This document shows, piece by piece, positions 41,965 through 56,085 of a stretch of DNA of 64,000 nucleotides. This DNA is from Eledone cirrhosa (lineage: Eukaryota). Location of the stretch: positions 6,138,001 to 6,202,000 of the forward strand of contig OZ024756.1 in the NCBI GenBank assembly GCA_964016885.1, read 5' to 3'. The notes under the pieces were generated by a model. The model ran no database searches and was not told the origin of the DNA. It saw only the letters and a list, made by a program, of their open reading frames with translations. The position numbers and the translations under genes were made by a program. The number at the start of each line of letters is the position of its first letter. Position 1 is the stretch's first letter.

Positions 41965-42445
41965 TATGAAAGAGTGATGCTAGGGCTGTGAAATCTTGCA
42001 TGTATTAATTTTAACTCTTCTTATTAACAATTACATTGTTTCTTTCCAGGAAATATTTTGAAAAAAAACAACTCATTTGGTCATTCCATGAGACATGAGA
42101 GCATCTTAGTCAAACTACGAAAAAGTGATGCTAGAGCTGTGAAATCTTGCATGTATTAATTACAACTCTTCTTATTAACAAGTCCATTGTTTCTTTCTAG
42201 GGAATATTTTGAAAAGTAAACCCTATTTGGTCATTCCGTGAGAGTCTGTTGGTCAGCCTATGAAGTAGTGATGCTAGAGCTGTGAAATCTTGCATTTATT
42301 AATTTGAACTCTTCTTATTACCAACATTATTTACATACATTAATTTCAACTCTTCTTATTACAACCTACATTGTTTCTTTCCAGAGACTATGTTGTAAAA
42401 TAAATCTCATTGGGTCATTCCATGAGAGTATCTTGGTCAACCTAT
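41965..42445. repeat. Tandem repeat of about 140 bp, with dispersed copies at 36715-36812 and 37555-37685
   Basis: GCTGTGAAATCTTGCATGTATTAAT..TTTGGTCATTCCATGAGAG recurs. Confidence 0.75.
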
Positions 42446-42565
42446 CAACATTTGTATCTGTTGTTCGCTTTCTGTTGTATAGTTAGTGTTGTTGCTGTTG
42501 TTGGTCTCTTGTTCTATAGTTAGTGTTGTTGGTCGATTGATGTATAGTTAGTGTTATTGTTGTTG

Positions 42566-43590
42566 TTAGAGGCCTCTTTCTGGTATGGTTAGTGTTATTG
42601 TTGTTGTTGTTGTTGTTAGAGGCCGCTTTCTGGTATGGTTAGTGTTGTTGATGTTGTTAGAGGCCTCTTTCTGGTATGGTTAGTGTTGTTGTTGTTGTTA
42701 GATGCCTCTTTCTGGTATGGTTAGTGTTGTTGATGTTGTTAGAGGCCTCTTTCTGGTATGGTTAGTGTTGTTGTTGTTGTTAGATGCCTCTTTCTGGTAT
42801 GGTTAGTGTTGTTGATGTTGTTAGAGGCCTCTTTATGGTATGGTTAGTGTTGTTGTTGTTGTTGTTAGAGGCCTCTTTATGGTATGGTTAGTGTTGTAAG
42901 AGGCCTCTTTCTGGTATGGTTAGTGTTGTTGATGTTGTTAGAGGCCTCTTTATGGTATGGTTAGTGTTGTTGCTGATGTTGTAAGAGGCCTCTTTCTGGT
43001 ATGGTTAGTGTTGTTGTTGTCAGAGGCCTCTTCCTGGTATGGTTAGTGTTGTTGTTGATGTTGTTAGAGGCCTCTTTCTGGTATGGTTAGTGTTATTGTG
43101 GTTGTTGTTGTTGTAAGAGGCCTCTTTCTGGTATGGTTAGTGTTGTTGTTGTTAGAGGCCTCTTCCTGGTATGGTTAGTGTTGTTGTTGATGTTGTTAGA
43201 GGCCTCTTTCTGGTATGGTTAGTGTTATTGTTGTTGTTGTTGTTGTTAGAGGCCTCTTTCTGGTATGGTTAGTGTTGTTGTTGTTGTTAGAGGCCTCTTT
43301 CTGGTATGGTTAGTGTTGTTGTTGTTGTTGTTATTGTTAGAGGCCTCTTTCTGGTATGGTTAGTGTAGTTGTTGCTGTTGTTGTTGTTAGAGGCCTCTTT
43401 CTGGTATGGTTAGTGTTGTTGTTGTTGTTAGAGGCCTCTTTCTGGTATGGTTAGTGTTGTTATTGTTGTTGTTAGAGGCCTCTTTCTGGTATTGTTAGGG
43501 ATGTTGATGTTGTTAGAGGCCTCTTTCTGGTATTGTTAGTGATGTTATTGTTGTTAGAGGCCTCTTTTTCGTATAGTTAGTGTTGTTGTT
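42566..43590. repeat. Compound minisatellite: constant AGAGGCCTCTTTCTGGTATGGTTAGT core plus variable (GTT)n linker
   Basis: More than 20 units. Confidence 0.95.
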
Positions 43591-43855
43591 ATTGTCGTTG
43601 TCAGAGACTACTAAAAAGAGCTGGCGTTGACGTGTAGAAGGAGGAAGACAAGCGGTAAATGGAGGAGGTTGAAGATGAAGGAATGGCAGACGACATTAAG
43701 AGAAGTCAATATTATGACAAAGAGATAAGAGGTGGATGAGAACGGTGTGGTGTTGAAACACTTGCGACATAAGAAAATAAAACACTGAATATATTGAGAT
43801 AAGTTAGTAAAGGGGATGAGAGCTAGATACACATACACACATTTGTACATACACG

Positions 43856-43904
<49 letters not shown>

Positions 43905-43989
43905 CACGTGTGCGTGTGCGTGTGTGTGTGTGTGTGCATACGTGTGTGTGTATTAAGTAGTTTTTTTTAATATATTGCTGTTCTTATAA

Positions 43990-44180
43990 TAATTGTTTCT
44001 ACTTTTGGAACAAGGCCAGCAATTTTCCCCAATGTATTACTGGTACTTTATTTTATCGACCCCGTAAGGATGAAAGGCAAATTTAACCTCGGCGTGATTC
44101 GAACTCAGAATGGCAAGGGCCTTAACTCTATGCGTCAAGCATGGCGTCAGACCATCTACTGATACTGCCATCCACCGCCC
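43990..44180 (-). mobile_element. SINE family 1
   Basis: Consensus match. Confidence 0.85.
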
Positions 44181-44571
44181 CATGAATGTCAGTTCCCAAA
44201 TAAAAGAACGAAAGAGAGGTGAAGGGAAAAGAAGGCTTTAGTTGAATATATAAGAGATCGATTTTACCGGGCAGGGACTTTGTTGTGTTGATATATATAT
44301 ATATATATATTATATATAGGAAAAAGTTTAACCCCGACGGCAGAGCTCAAGCCGTTTCGACGGCTAATTCTGGACTAAATATTACCCACTCCACTACCCG
44401 AAGTATTGAGTACTCTGGTGCGTTATGGTCCATGGTCCATCTGCTTCCTTACCACACCTCCTTCGTTATATATATATATATAATGTAGGAGGTGAGTTTT
44501 ATTGTAGCACAATAAAGCAACGCAAATATCGGGTAAGTAGCACTCAACAGTTTATAGAACTGGAGTATAAA

Positions 44572-44671
44572 TAATTGTTTCTACTTTAGGCACAAGGCCA
44601 GCAATAACCCAGTGCATTACTGGTACTTTATTGTATCGACCCCGTAAGGATGAAAGGCAAAGTCAACCTCG
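44572..44671 (-). mobile_element. SINE family 1, 5'-truncated, with TSD
   Basis: ACTGGAGTATAAATAAT duplicated. Confidence 0.9.
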
Positions 44672-44993
44672 ACTGGAGTATAAATAATATAAGATCAAAA
44701 GATGGTTAAAAGAGTTCCATGTATTTTATTATGCGCATTTCAATGATGAGAACGTAAATATATATATATATATATACCGAAGCAGAAGGGGGAGAGAGGG
44801 GGGAGAGCGGGATTTTACCTATCTCTATACGTTGTATTCCACCATGTATTGAGTACCTCTTGATTAGTGGTCTCCCATGTCTTGGCACTGTACACACCCA
44901 CTCTCTCTCTGACTGTATGTTTATATATATATAGATGTATATAAAAATAAAGTTAAATAAAAAGTCAAATGTTTAAAATTAGCTTCGTTTATT

Positions 44994-45048
44994 ACTGCTA
45001 TATATATTTCAGTGACAGCCATCTTTGGCTGTGACCTCTTCAGGTAGT
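44994..45048 (-). ncRNA. Type I hammerhead ribozyme, left-arm copy
   Basis: Reverse complement of 45284-45338 with one stem I mismatch. Confidence 0.8.
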
Positions 45049-45283
45049 TTGAATTAGTATACTCTTTTACCTGTTTCAGCCATCCGGCTGAGGCCATGCT
45101 GGTGCACCGCCCTTATGGTATAGACAAGTACATATGTTGTTTAGGTGTATAATATTGTCAATACTCTGATATGCCCAGTTCCTTGTTGGGTTGTTATTTC
45201 ACTGAGGAACTGGGCATATCAGAGTATTGACAATATCATACACCTAAACAACATATGTACTTGTCTATACCATACTAATTCAA

Positions 45284-45338
45284 ACTGCCTGAAGAGGTCA
45301 CAGCCAAAGATGGCTGTCACTGAAATATATATAGCAGT
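45284..45338 (+). ncRNA. Type I hammerhead ribozyme
   Basis: ACTGC CTGAAGA GGT c ACAGCCA aaga TGGCTGT c ACT GAAA TATATA TA GCAGT. Confidence 0.9.
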
Positions 45339-45599
45339 AATAAACGAAGCTAAATTTTAATCATTTGACTTTTTATTTAACTTTATTTTACACTACTCCG
45401 GAGTAACCAAACCAACTTGCGCACTTCGTCGAGTGCTCCAGCCTGCATACTGAGGTGTTGGTATACAACCAACATATACTCAAAATCTATATATGTATAT
45501 AGGGAGAGAGAAAGAGAGAGTGTGAGGGAGAGAAAGAGATAATGAGAGAGAGAGAAAGGGAGAGAGAGAAAGTGAGTGAGAGAGAAAGAGAGAGAGAGT

Positions 45600-45669
<70 letters not shown>

Positions 45670-45981
45670 TAGACAGAATAAATACGGTGACACAAGTTAG
45701 ATTTAAAGTAAGGTGACAGAGATATACGGGGAATAGGAAGCTGATTGTGAGACGAGTGAGAGTATGAGTGAGAGTACGAGTGAGACAGTGAGTGAGAGTA
45801 TGAGTGAGAGTACGAGTACGAGTGAGAGTATGAGTGAGACAGTGAGTGAGAGTACGAGTGAGACAGTGAGTGAGAGTACGAGTGAGACAGAGAGAAACAC
45901 TGATGATAATAGATAAATAAATAAATATAGAAAAAAAATAGGGGCGAGAGAGAGAGAACAAGAGAGAGAGAGAGATAGATA

Positions 45982-46053
<72 letters not shown>

Positions 46054-46392
46054 GTGTGTGTGTGGGGGGGGGGATGAATAATTGAGAAGCTCAATGTATG
46101 ATGAAAGATATAGAGAAGTGATCCACGTGTAATTGGGAAAACCTTTGACAAGCTCACGTATCACATCTATTTTACTGAAGGATTAAAGCCGGATTAACGA
46201 ATGTGTACGGATTACCATCACTTTTCCAACGATGAAGAAGTGTGTTAAGAGAAAACAATTGACCCATCAAGGTAAACCAGACTATATCGACTGACTGCTG
46301 TCAACTAGGATCAACCCAACAAAATCTAATCCTAGGCCACATTTCTTTGGAATAACTTAATAGCTGTTCTTATTACATATAATTAATAAAAA

Positions 46393-46818
46393 TAATTGTT
46401 TCTACTTTTTATCACAAGGCCAGCAATTACCAGTACATTACAGGTACATTATTTTATCGACCCCGTAAGGATGAAAGGCAAAGTTAACCTCGGCGGGATT
46501 TGAACTCAGAATGGTAAGGGACATAACTATATGCTGCAAATCATGGCGTCCGACCCTCTACCGATACTGCCAATCCACCACCCCTAAATTAATAAATATA
46601 TTGATTTCTAGTATAGTTACAAGGCCAGTAATTTTCGGAGAGGGGAAAGTCGATTAAATCGACCCCACTACGTTAACTGTACTTTATTTTATAGACCCCG
46701 TAAGGATGAAAGGCAAAGTTAACCTCGGCGGGATTTGAACTTAGACCATAAAGGGGCGTAACTCTATGCTGCAACGCATGGCGTCCGACCCTCTACCGAT
46801 ACTTCCAATCCACCACCC
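46393..46818 (-). mobile_element. Two SINE family 1 copies
   Basis: 46393-46580 and 46600-46818. Confidence 0.9.
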
Positions 46819-47458
46819 TTTGCCAATGGAAAGATAACTATAGTTGATCAGCCTAAGCATGTGTCATTGAGCAAGACACTTTGTTTCACTTTGCCCCAGT
46901 TCAATCAGCTACAAAAATTGAGTTGTACCTGTAATTTGTTAAGCTAGCCTTGTTATATTCTGTGTCCCACTGAATCACCCTGTAAACTACGTTATGGATA
47001 CGCGTGTTTGATGAATGCTCAGTCACTTGCACGTTAACTTCACGAGCAGGCTGTTTTGTTGATTGTATCAATTGGAACATTTGTCGTCGTAACCGACGGA
47101 GTGTCGCTGTCCATCCTATCACTTCAACCCATACTTCGTAAAACGATGATGAGTGGGATCTGATATATTGAATATATGTCGCAGCTTTAAAATACGTATC
47201 ATTATTGTATGTGTTATTGGCATTGAGTAGTCAGACTCTGTAAAAAGTTGCAGGAAATGCCGGGCTGTATTTGTTGGACATTGTCTAGGCTACTGGTGGT
47301 GTGGTGTTGGGTATTGACGAGGTTACTGGTGATGTGGTGTTGGGTATTGTCGAGGTTACATGTGGTGTGGTATTGTATATTAGTTAAAAAGACCGAGTAG
47401 GTTTGAAATATTTTCATTCGAGTAGGTTTGAAATATTTTCATTTTCATTATTATTACA

Positions 47459-47637
47459 TGGCAGTATCGGTAGAGGGTCGGACGTCAAGCTTTGACGCAT
47501 AGAGTTACGGCCCTTGCCATTCTGAGTTCAAATCCCGCCGAGGTTAACTTTGCCTTTCATCCTTATGAGGTCGATAGAATAAAGTACCAGTAATACACTG
47601 GGCAATTGCTGGCCTCGTGCCAAAAGTAGAAACAATT
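47459..47637 (+). mobile_element. SINE family 1
   Basis: Consensus match. Confidence 0.9.
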
Positions 47638-47735
47638 ATTATTACAAAACGGGGGTTAATTTGTTATCTCCCCTCATATAAGCCTCACTTTCCTTCCAGT
47701 AGGTAGCTTAACATATGGAAATGTCTGAGTGTGTT

Positions 47736-47753
47736 ACTAGCGCCACCTACCAG
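47736..47753 (-). promoter_or_regulatory. CTCF-like motif
   Basis: - strand CTGGTAGGTGGCGCTAGT in unique sequence. Confidence 0.4.
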
Positions 47754-48999
47754 TCGAAACGATTACACACCCATCGCTCACGACCGATATTCATATTTCT
47801 TGTTCTTCACCGACAAGACAGAAGGAATTTTTCCAGATATTTTCCTGGGATGGCAGCGTTTAACGAATTTAGAAAAGTTCACTCGTTTTCCATTTAGTTT
47901 GGGTAAAGGGGTTGTCTTTGGAATCTGTTACCATTTTTTGTTGCATTTGTCGCTGAGTCTTCATTCCATTGAAGTTGTTTTGGTTGTTGTTGTTGTTTTA
48001 TTTGATGTGTTCGTATTACATGTTATGTTATTGCAGTTGTTACACTCACGTTTGCTTTCCATTAGTTGATGTAAAGTATAGAGTTTACTTTATGCAGTTG
48101 TCTTCGTCTTCTTATAACATTTGTTTTCTCCGACATATTGTTGCAGCTGTTGTTGATGTTGCTTTATTTATTCATCAGGCTTTGTTGTTGCTGTTATTGT
48201 TGTTCTGCAATGGTGGATGTTTATGAAGGTTTCTTGAATATATCATTGCGGTTGGCTTCCTTTACATCGTGTTTCTTTTTTTGTGTGGGATATATTGCCC
48301 CTGTACTCCATTATCTTTGGTAGATACTAGCGTTACTTATATTGTACTAACTGAATTAGTTATTACCATGTTGTGGCTATATCTGTGACCATTAACAAGC
48401 ATAACAACAACACAAATACCTTAACACCTGTTAGCAATATTGTTTCAGTATAAAACAGAATTAATGATCATATTTCCAGACAGAACAGCTAAAGTGAATC
48501 ACACGACATATTTATTTTATTTACGGAAAGCAAAAGATATTACAATTTGTCTAAATTTACAAGAGACTATAGAAGAAATAGTGTTATAAAAATATATGGT
48601 TGTTACCAAGTCAGGTTATCAGAAATGAAACCAAACGTTACAGTAACCCAATACCTTGTATTTGATAACGTTCTCTAGTGTACACACCGAGGTGTGATAA
48701 GGCTGTGCACTATTGACATGATTGCTAGAATACTGCTAAATATCAAAGTTGAGTATGTTTAACACTGTGTATTGATTTCACTCCTCAAACTCAACATTTT
48801 ATAGAATAATTAAATAGAATAATTTCTAACTAAATAATCGGTATTTTTTTATTTTTAATATCTCACTTCACCCTCTTTTAAAATGGACGATATCATTCAC
48901 ATTTGATAAGGTGGTGTTTAATGTAAAACATAAAACATTAATTAAAGAAAAATAAGGGTATGGTTAATGTCTAGAATGCTTTGCATGATTCGAGATATA

Positions 49000-49345
49000 T
49001 ATATGTATGGTCCTGTAACTCCGGAGAGAGCCGTAGGGATGCTGTATTGACATACGGTGTTTCTCGGACATTTTAAGTATGGTCGAACCCATCCCTCTCC
49101 AGACCTGAGTACAGCAGATTTCTTCTAGAGAAAGATAGAAAGTGAGAGAGAGGAAATGAGAAAGAGATATAGAGGAATAGAGGAAGAATCGACCCCAGTA
49201 CTAGACTGGTACTTTTTTTATCGCCCTTGACAAGATGAAAGGCAAAGTGGACCACGGTGGAATTTGAACTCAGAGAATAGAGAGCTGAAACGAATACCAT
49301 AAAACATTCTACTCGACGTTCTAACGACTCTACCAATTCCAGACG
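49000..49345 (-). mobile_element. SINE family 1, long-tail variant
   Basis: Shares its alternative tail with 60357-60700 (+) and 25530-25790 (-). Confidence 0.75.
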
Positions 49346-49516
49346 ACCTACGGCTAAATGACAATACCAACAACACACACATACAACATGGCTGCTTATA
49401 TATTATCCGATACTATACAATACAAATCTCTCAACTTGTTAAAGCACACACCATTTCTCCAATAAATCTGAAGCTGCTCGTCAATAAATATATCAATCTA
49501 TTAGTTAGAGTCAGAT

Positions 49517-49596
<80 letters not shown>

Positions 49597-49709
49597 CCCA
49601 CACACACACTGATAGAAGACTCGATATGTACAGTCCTTAAATAACCATTAAGTGTTCAATACTTAAATAACTATCAATAATATTTGGAATTCTGAGGACA
49701 CACATACAC

Positions 49710-49745
<36 letters not shown>

Positions 49746-49923
49746 TAGTTATGTATATATATGTATGTATGTATATATGTATGTATATATATGTACGTAT
49801 GCATGTATATATTATGCATGTGTATATGTATATATATACATATGTACGTATGTATATACATATATCTATGTATGTACATATATATGTATGTAAGTATATA
49901 TACATATATATATATATATACAC

Positions 49924-49980
<57 letters not shown>

Positions 49981-50799
49981 AGTGAGTGTGAGTGTGTGAG
50001 TGTGTGTGTGTGCGTGTGTGAGTGTGAGTGTGTGAGTGTGTATGTGTGTGTGTGTGTGTATACATACTCAAATGGTTATGCAGTTCTACAATCAACTTTT
50101 AAATCTATCTCCAACGTAGTTTATTCACAGTTAGACGATGTATATTTAAATAATGTGAATCCTATTGAAAGCGCTAACAAAAGAACTCTGCTGTCAACAG
50201 CTAACCATTTTATTGAACAGAACTACACGTGAACTATATGAATACGTTTAAAGTGTGCTTCCACCATCACCAAGCTAAATGAAAACCGCCAGAAGAGATA
50301 GTAAGCAGATGGGTGACTGGATTTGTGAGTTTACAGGCAAAGATGGCGCTTTGATGAGGAAAATGGCGTATTAATGGAAGGTAAGTAAAAGAAAGAAGCT
50401 TCTTTTCATTAGACCGGATGTCGGTGAAATATCCATGAAATAGGAGACAAATGACTAGAGATGGTTAGTGAGTAGAAATTTGGATAGGATTTCATTGGCA
50501 TGGACTTACACATTGCCGAGTCATAACTTCTCCACCTCTCTCACCACTCTTTCCTTTTACTCCCACTCCACCATCAACTCTACTGCCTCACTATCCCTCC
50601 CACTACTCCTTAACCACTCTCTGGTGTTTCCTCTCTCTACCCCTCCCTCTACTCCATCACTACCCCTCCAGCTACTCCCCACCTCCTCTTTGGTGTTTCT
50701 TTACCCACCAGCTGCTGTCAATGTATCAATTTAGCTCAATAATAAATCACATGATTCTAATAGAAATAAACTACCTTTGCTTCTTCTCACACACACATG

Positions 50800-50831
<32 letters not shown>

Positions 50832-50832
50832 C

Positions 50833-50880
<48 letters not shown>

Positions 50881-50925
50881 GTAACGTATGTTTATATAGA
50901 TAGATACATAGATAGATAGATATAC

Positions 50926-50974
<49 letters not shown>

Positions 50975-50975
50975 T

Positions 50976-51079
<104 letters not shown>

Positions 51080-51779
51080 TGTAGGCAAATTTGCTTAATG
51101 GAATTGCAAGATACGATAAATATCACACATTTCAGAGCCAGAAGCATCAACGAAATATTCACACACATCATTAATGTTACATATATTTTGTTACAAATGC
51201 ATGCAAATATTTCAAAATTTACCTATCCATTAATATTTGTTCACATGTTTCTATAATATTATTTTACTTGCTAATATATATTAGTTTTAGTCATTACAAA
51301 TTACACATACCGACAAATTGCTATCAGACATTTGCCTAATGTTTCTTCCAACTATATTAAGTGAATTAATATACAGTGATGAACTACAGAATCATCTTAA
51401 AATAATATGACTATTTATATTTCAGAATTATAGATTCATTATAGATTTAATGCCTAGAACAAACTAAACGTGGTAATAATACTTTAGTTTTAATATTTGT
51501 TTTTCTTTCTAATTATCAGGTAATATCAAGATAAGTAAATCAATAAATTGAACTAGATATCATCATCCACTTTATCATCATTATCATCTTCTCTCATCAT
51601 CATCATCATCATCATCTTCATCATCTATCATTATCATCTTCTCATCATCATCATCATCATCATCTATGATCATCATCATCTATCATTATCGTCAACTTCA
51701 TCTCCTTCCTCTTCTTCTATCAGCATCATCATCATATTTTTCTTTATCTTCTTCTTCGTCTTCTATCACCACCATCATT

Positions 51780-52070
51780 CTCTTCTTCGCCCACTTATTC
51801 CTGTGAGGGTCATTGGGGGTAAAGTCCTAATGAGAGGGTCATGGGGCCAGTGTCCTCAAACACTCCTCCCAGCGGGTCCTGTCAGAACCAACCGTCTCCA
51901 ACTGATCAGGCTGGATCCCCAATCGACACCAACCAAGCTCATGGATGTTATCCAACCATCTTGCTCAGAGTCTACCCTTGGGTCTCCTGTCGGTTGGTTT
52001 TACCCATAACATTTCTCCTGTGATTCTTTCCTGAGACATTCTAACCACATGCCCACAGTATCAGAGCGTG
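51780..52070 (-). mobile_element. RTE-clade LINE 3' end, same family
   Basis: Reverse complement is similar to 24210-24460. Confidence 0.8.
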
Positions 52071-52072
52071 GA

Positions 52073-52410
52073 TAGAGTTCTAGATTATTTCCGAAATTAA
52101 TAGAGTTCTAGATTATTTCTGAAATTAATAGAGTTCTAGATTATTTCTGAAATTAATAGAGTTCTAGATTATTTCCGAAATTAATAGAGTTCTAGATTAT
52201 TTCTGAAATTAATAGAGTTCTAGATTATTTCTGAAATTAATAGAGTTCTAGATTATTTCTGAAATTAATAGAGTTCTAGATTATTTCTGAAATTAATAGA
52301 GTTCTAGATTATTTCTGAAATTAATAGAGTTCTAGATTATTTCTGAAATTAATAGAGTTCTAGATTATTTCTGAAATTAATAGAGTTCTAGATTATTTCT
52401 GAAATTAATA
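52073..52410. repeat. 28-bp tandem repeat, 12 copies (TAGAGTTCTAGATTATTTCTGAAATTAA)
   Basis: Near-perfect units directly adjoining the 5'-truncated end of the RTE fragment. Confidence 0.95.
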
Positions 52411-52530
52411 GGAAATCATTGTCGGTGTTTTACATCAGAACTATGGTAATGGGGCCCCTGTCGGTCGCTTTTGGCCGTAAATCAGATATCAACAAAGAAA
52501 AAAGCAATGTAAATATAAAAGTTGTATGAA

Positions 52531-52750
52531 ATGGTGGCGGATCAGCGGTAATGGTTAGAGTGTCGGACAACACGATATGCAACATATAGTTACGGCTATT
52601 TAAGCTCAGAGTTCAAATGCCGCCAAGGTTAGATTTACTTTTCATTCTGACGGGGGCCGATCAAATAAAGTACCAGCAACGCACTGGGGTCGATTTAATC
52701 GACTTTCCCCTCCCCTAAAGTAGTTGGCCTTTTGCCTAAATCAGAAAGCT
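52531..52750 (+). mobile_element. SINE family 1, diverged
   Basis: A and B boxes plus core. Confidence 0.8.
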
Positions 52751-54717
52751 ACATGACAAACAAATACAGATTTAATTTTCAGTCCATGAAAACGATGACA
52801 AATCTTAGGTTGTACATATTAGAGAAGGTATTGAGTACTTTTAACGTAGAGCTCCACTGAATTGTAATGAGTCGGATTTATGGGAAGGTATAAATAACAG
52901 ATAATTGATGGATGTCCACAGACTGAGAGTTAGAGGGGTCGGTGGATGTTGGGAAGCTGGTTGGTGAGGGTGGGTATCTTTCAAGAGACAACCCACTTGA
53001 ATTGATGAGAGAGGTTGTCGTTTATAGAGACGAGGTAATGATTGATGTAGAATATGGAGAGATTGACATCGATGGTGGAGAATGGCAGGTAGGTCAATAT
53101 AGAACAACAACAACAACAACAACAAGGCAACGGAAAAGAAGAAGAAGAACAACAACAACAGCAACGACAACAAGGCAGCGGAAAAGAAGAACAACAAGAG
53201 CCGCAACAACAACAGCAACAGCGGCATCAACAACAACAACAGAACAGCAACAGTAACACCAACACTAACAGCAACAACAACAACAGAACAACAGTAACAA
53301 CAATAAAAGTAACAACAACAGTAACGACAACAAAAACATCAACAACAACAACAGTAACAACAACAACAGCAGTAACAACAACAGTAACAACAACAGCAAC
53401 AACAGCAACAACAACAGCTACAACAACAGTAACAACAAAAGTAACAACGACAGTAACAACGACAGTAACAACAACAACATCAACAACAGTAACAAAAACA
53501 TCAACAGCAACAACAGTAACAACAACAGTAACAACAACAACAGCAGTAACACGACAGTAACAACAACAACAGCAACAGTCACAACAACAACAGCAACAGT
53601 AACAACAACAGCAACAGTAACAACAACAACAGTAACAACAACAGTAACAACAACAGCAACAGTAACAACAACAACAGTAACAACAACAGTAACAACAACA
53701 GCAACAGTAACAACGACAGTAACAAAACAACAACATCAACAACAGTAACAACAACAGCAACAGTAACAGCAACAACAACAGCAAGAGGGAGGTTGTGACA
53801 GATTGAAGAGTTGGTGTAGAAATGTAAGAAAAAATAGAAGAAAAAAAGGAAAAAAAGCAGTGAAGTGTGTATTTAGAGAATAGAAAGAGGAATGGGTCTC
53901 TATTTCAAAATAAACTGAAGAGAAAGTTTTGTTCGCACAACTGTTGTCTTTACATTCAGCCTCATTAGCTAGCATATTGTCTAGAATTTCAAAGATATTT
54001 CACCAAAATACCGACCAACATTCATTGAAAACATTGCAGAAGAATTTATGCGAAAAAAAAATGATAAAGATAAAAAATAAAAATAAAAATAAAGATAAAA
54101 ATATAAAAAAAAAATATCTGAAAAAAAATAAATAAAATAAAGAAAAGAATATTAAATCATATAAAAACAATATATATAAAAAAAATGAAAAATAAAAAAA
54201 ATAATTAAAAAAGGAATATTAAAATATATAAAAAAATTAAAATAAATGCAAAAAATATGAAAATAGAAATACAAATAAAAATATTAATGGAATTATTTTA
54301 AGCAACTAGGGACGGATGTGTAGTGTAGGTAACGTTTATAAATTTTGGTACCATTTTTGAAAAGATGTAAAAATTCTAAGTATTACGTTTCTATTCTCCA
54401 GTCATTTTATGTGCTGAATATTACGAAAATGGTTTCTATTTTTACACATCGTTTCCTCCCGTTCCTTTGTTGCTTGTCTTTGAGAGTTATATATTTGAAA
54501 TATGTGAATCTGTTATGTATTCTCAACAGACCAAGATCTAGACTAAGGAACATTCCTGTTAGGGGAACTATAAGGGTTCGCAGGGACTAGAATCAGTTCA
54601 GTATTTTCTCTATTCTGTTTTTTTTTTATTTTTTTTTTAAGGACGTGTATTTCCATTTGTTGTTGATAATTCTTCCTTGCACCATTGTATATTATCTTTA
54701 TCTTTTTCACTATCTTT

Positions 54718-54762
<45 letters not shown>

Positions 54763-54823
54763 TTTTATATATATATATATGTGTGTATGCACATATATGT
54801 GTATATATATATATATTTGTGTG

Positions 54824-54866
<43 letters not shown>

Positions 54867-54920
54867 ATATATATGTGTGTGTGTATATATGTATGTATGT
54901 ATGTGTGTATGTGTGTGTGC

Positions 54921-54992
<72 letters not shown>

Positions 54993-55260
54993 ATAAGATT
55001 TCGTTTACATGTATTTAGATTATCATGTGTCACCCATAGGAGTTTTTGTCGCATCCCTAGTCTGAAGAGCAGATAGAAAATTGGGTCGGATGCATAACTC
55101 CTCTGGGTGACCCTGAGCCAATTATCTGTGGAACGCGCGTAACAGGTGGATACAATAAAAATTTAAATACATGTAACATTAAACTCCATCGTTTTTCTTA
55201 AATATATAGATTCTTTGTATAAGTAACAACACCAGTAATTCATTGAATCACCTACACTAA

Positions 55261-55306
<46 letters not shown>

Positions 55307-55312
<6 letters not shown>

Positions 55313-55488
55313 TTCTACAGGACTAGAACTGTTTCATTGTTTAGAAATAATCAGGATTCCTGATGATTTCTAAAGAATGAAACAGTTCTAGTCCTGTAGA
55401 ATCTCATCTATATTAAAACTGTTATACTCTGCAATGTATTGGGTACCTTACTTACTGTGGTTACCTCTGATTCAATCCGGAATAACGT
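55307..55488 (+). mobile_element. Fold-back element with hammerhead (55352-55396) and tail
   Basis: Arms 55307-55407; CAGGATTC CTGATGA TTTC taaa GAAT GAAA CAGT TC TAGTCCTG; stem-loop 55425-55445. A rearranged fragment recurs at 55781-55850. Confidence 0.8.
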
Positions 55489-55511
55489 ATATATATATAG
55501 AGATAGATAAG

Positions 55512-55763
55512 AAAACCAAAAATCAGTGATGCATCTGAACTCAATTTATTGGGTGTTACAATTGTTTCCCCGGCGGACAGCTCGAGACCCGATCATTGTG
55601 TGGATCTGTCTGATTCTGGACTCGCAGGTTTGTAACACACAATAAATTGAGTTCAGATGCATCACTGATTTTTCGTTTTATATTATATCATACTCTGCTC
55701 TGTAAGAGCATAGAGTGCTCAACCGGCATATTGCCTATGGAATCATCTTAGCTACCATCAGAC
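55512..55763 (+). mobile_element. Fold-back element with tail stem-loop
   Basis: About 50-bp arms (55512-55679); TACTC TGCTC tgtaa GAGCA TA GAGTG at 55691-55717. Confidence 0.75.
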
Positions 55764-56085
55764 ATATATATATATATATATGCGTTATTCCGGGTTGAAT
55801 CGGAGGTAATTCTAACGAATGAAACAGTTCTAGTCCTGTAGAATCTCATCTCTCTCTCTATATATATATATAATATAACTTAGAGTTTACACTCAGTAGG
55901 GTCATTTACAATTATTTTAGCTCTAAGAATCACTTCTGAGCAGTATAAATTAATATATGATAAATATTTACATGTTTTTGTTGCAATTGACAATAAAATA
56001 GCTAGAATGAAATATCTTAATTCAAATACATAAATCAATATACATAAATCAATAATCGATCTAATTCAAATACATAAATCAATAA

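Larger units (their letters stand above)
44942..45488 (+). mobile_element. Fold-back element (about 185-bp arms) with two hammerheads and a tail
   Basis: Arms 44942-45390, with an insertion of about 56 bp in the left arm (45061-45116); tail stem-loop 45394-45435. Confidence 0.9.

Noticed and set aside
42566-43590. CRISPR-like constant repeat with variable spacers
   Set aside because: The spacers are only (GTT)n length variants, the context is eukaryotic and there are no cas genes. It is a compound minisatellite.
52828-52840. GTATTGAGTACT match to the tail motif
   Set aside because: No upstream pairing partner and not in a (TA)n element; it lies in a probable degenerate LINE remnant.
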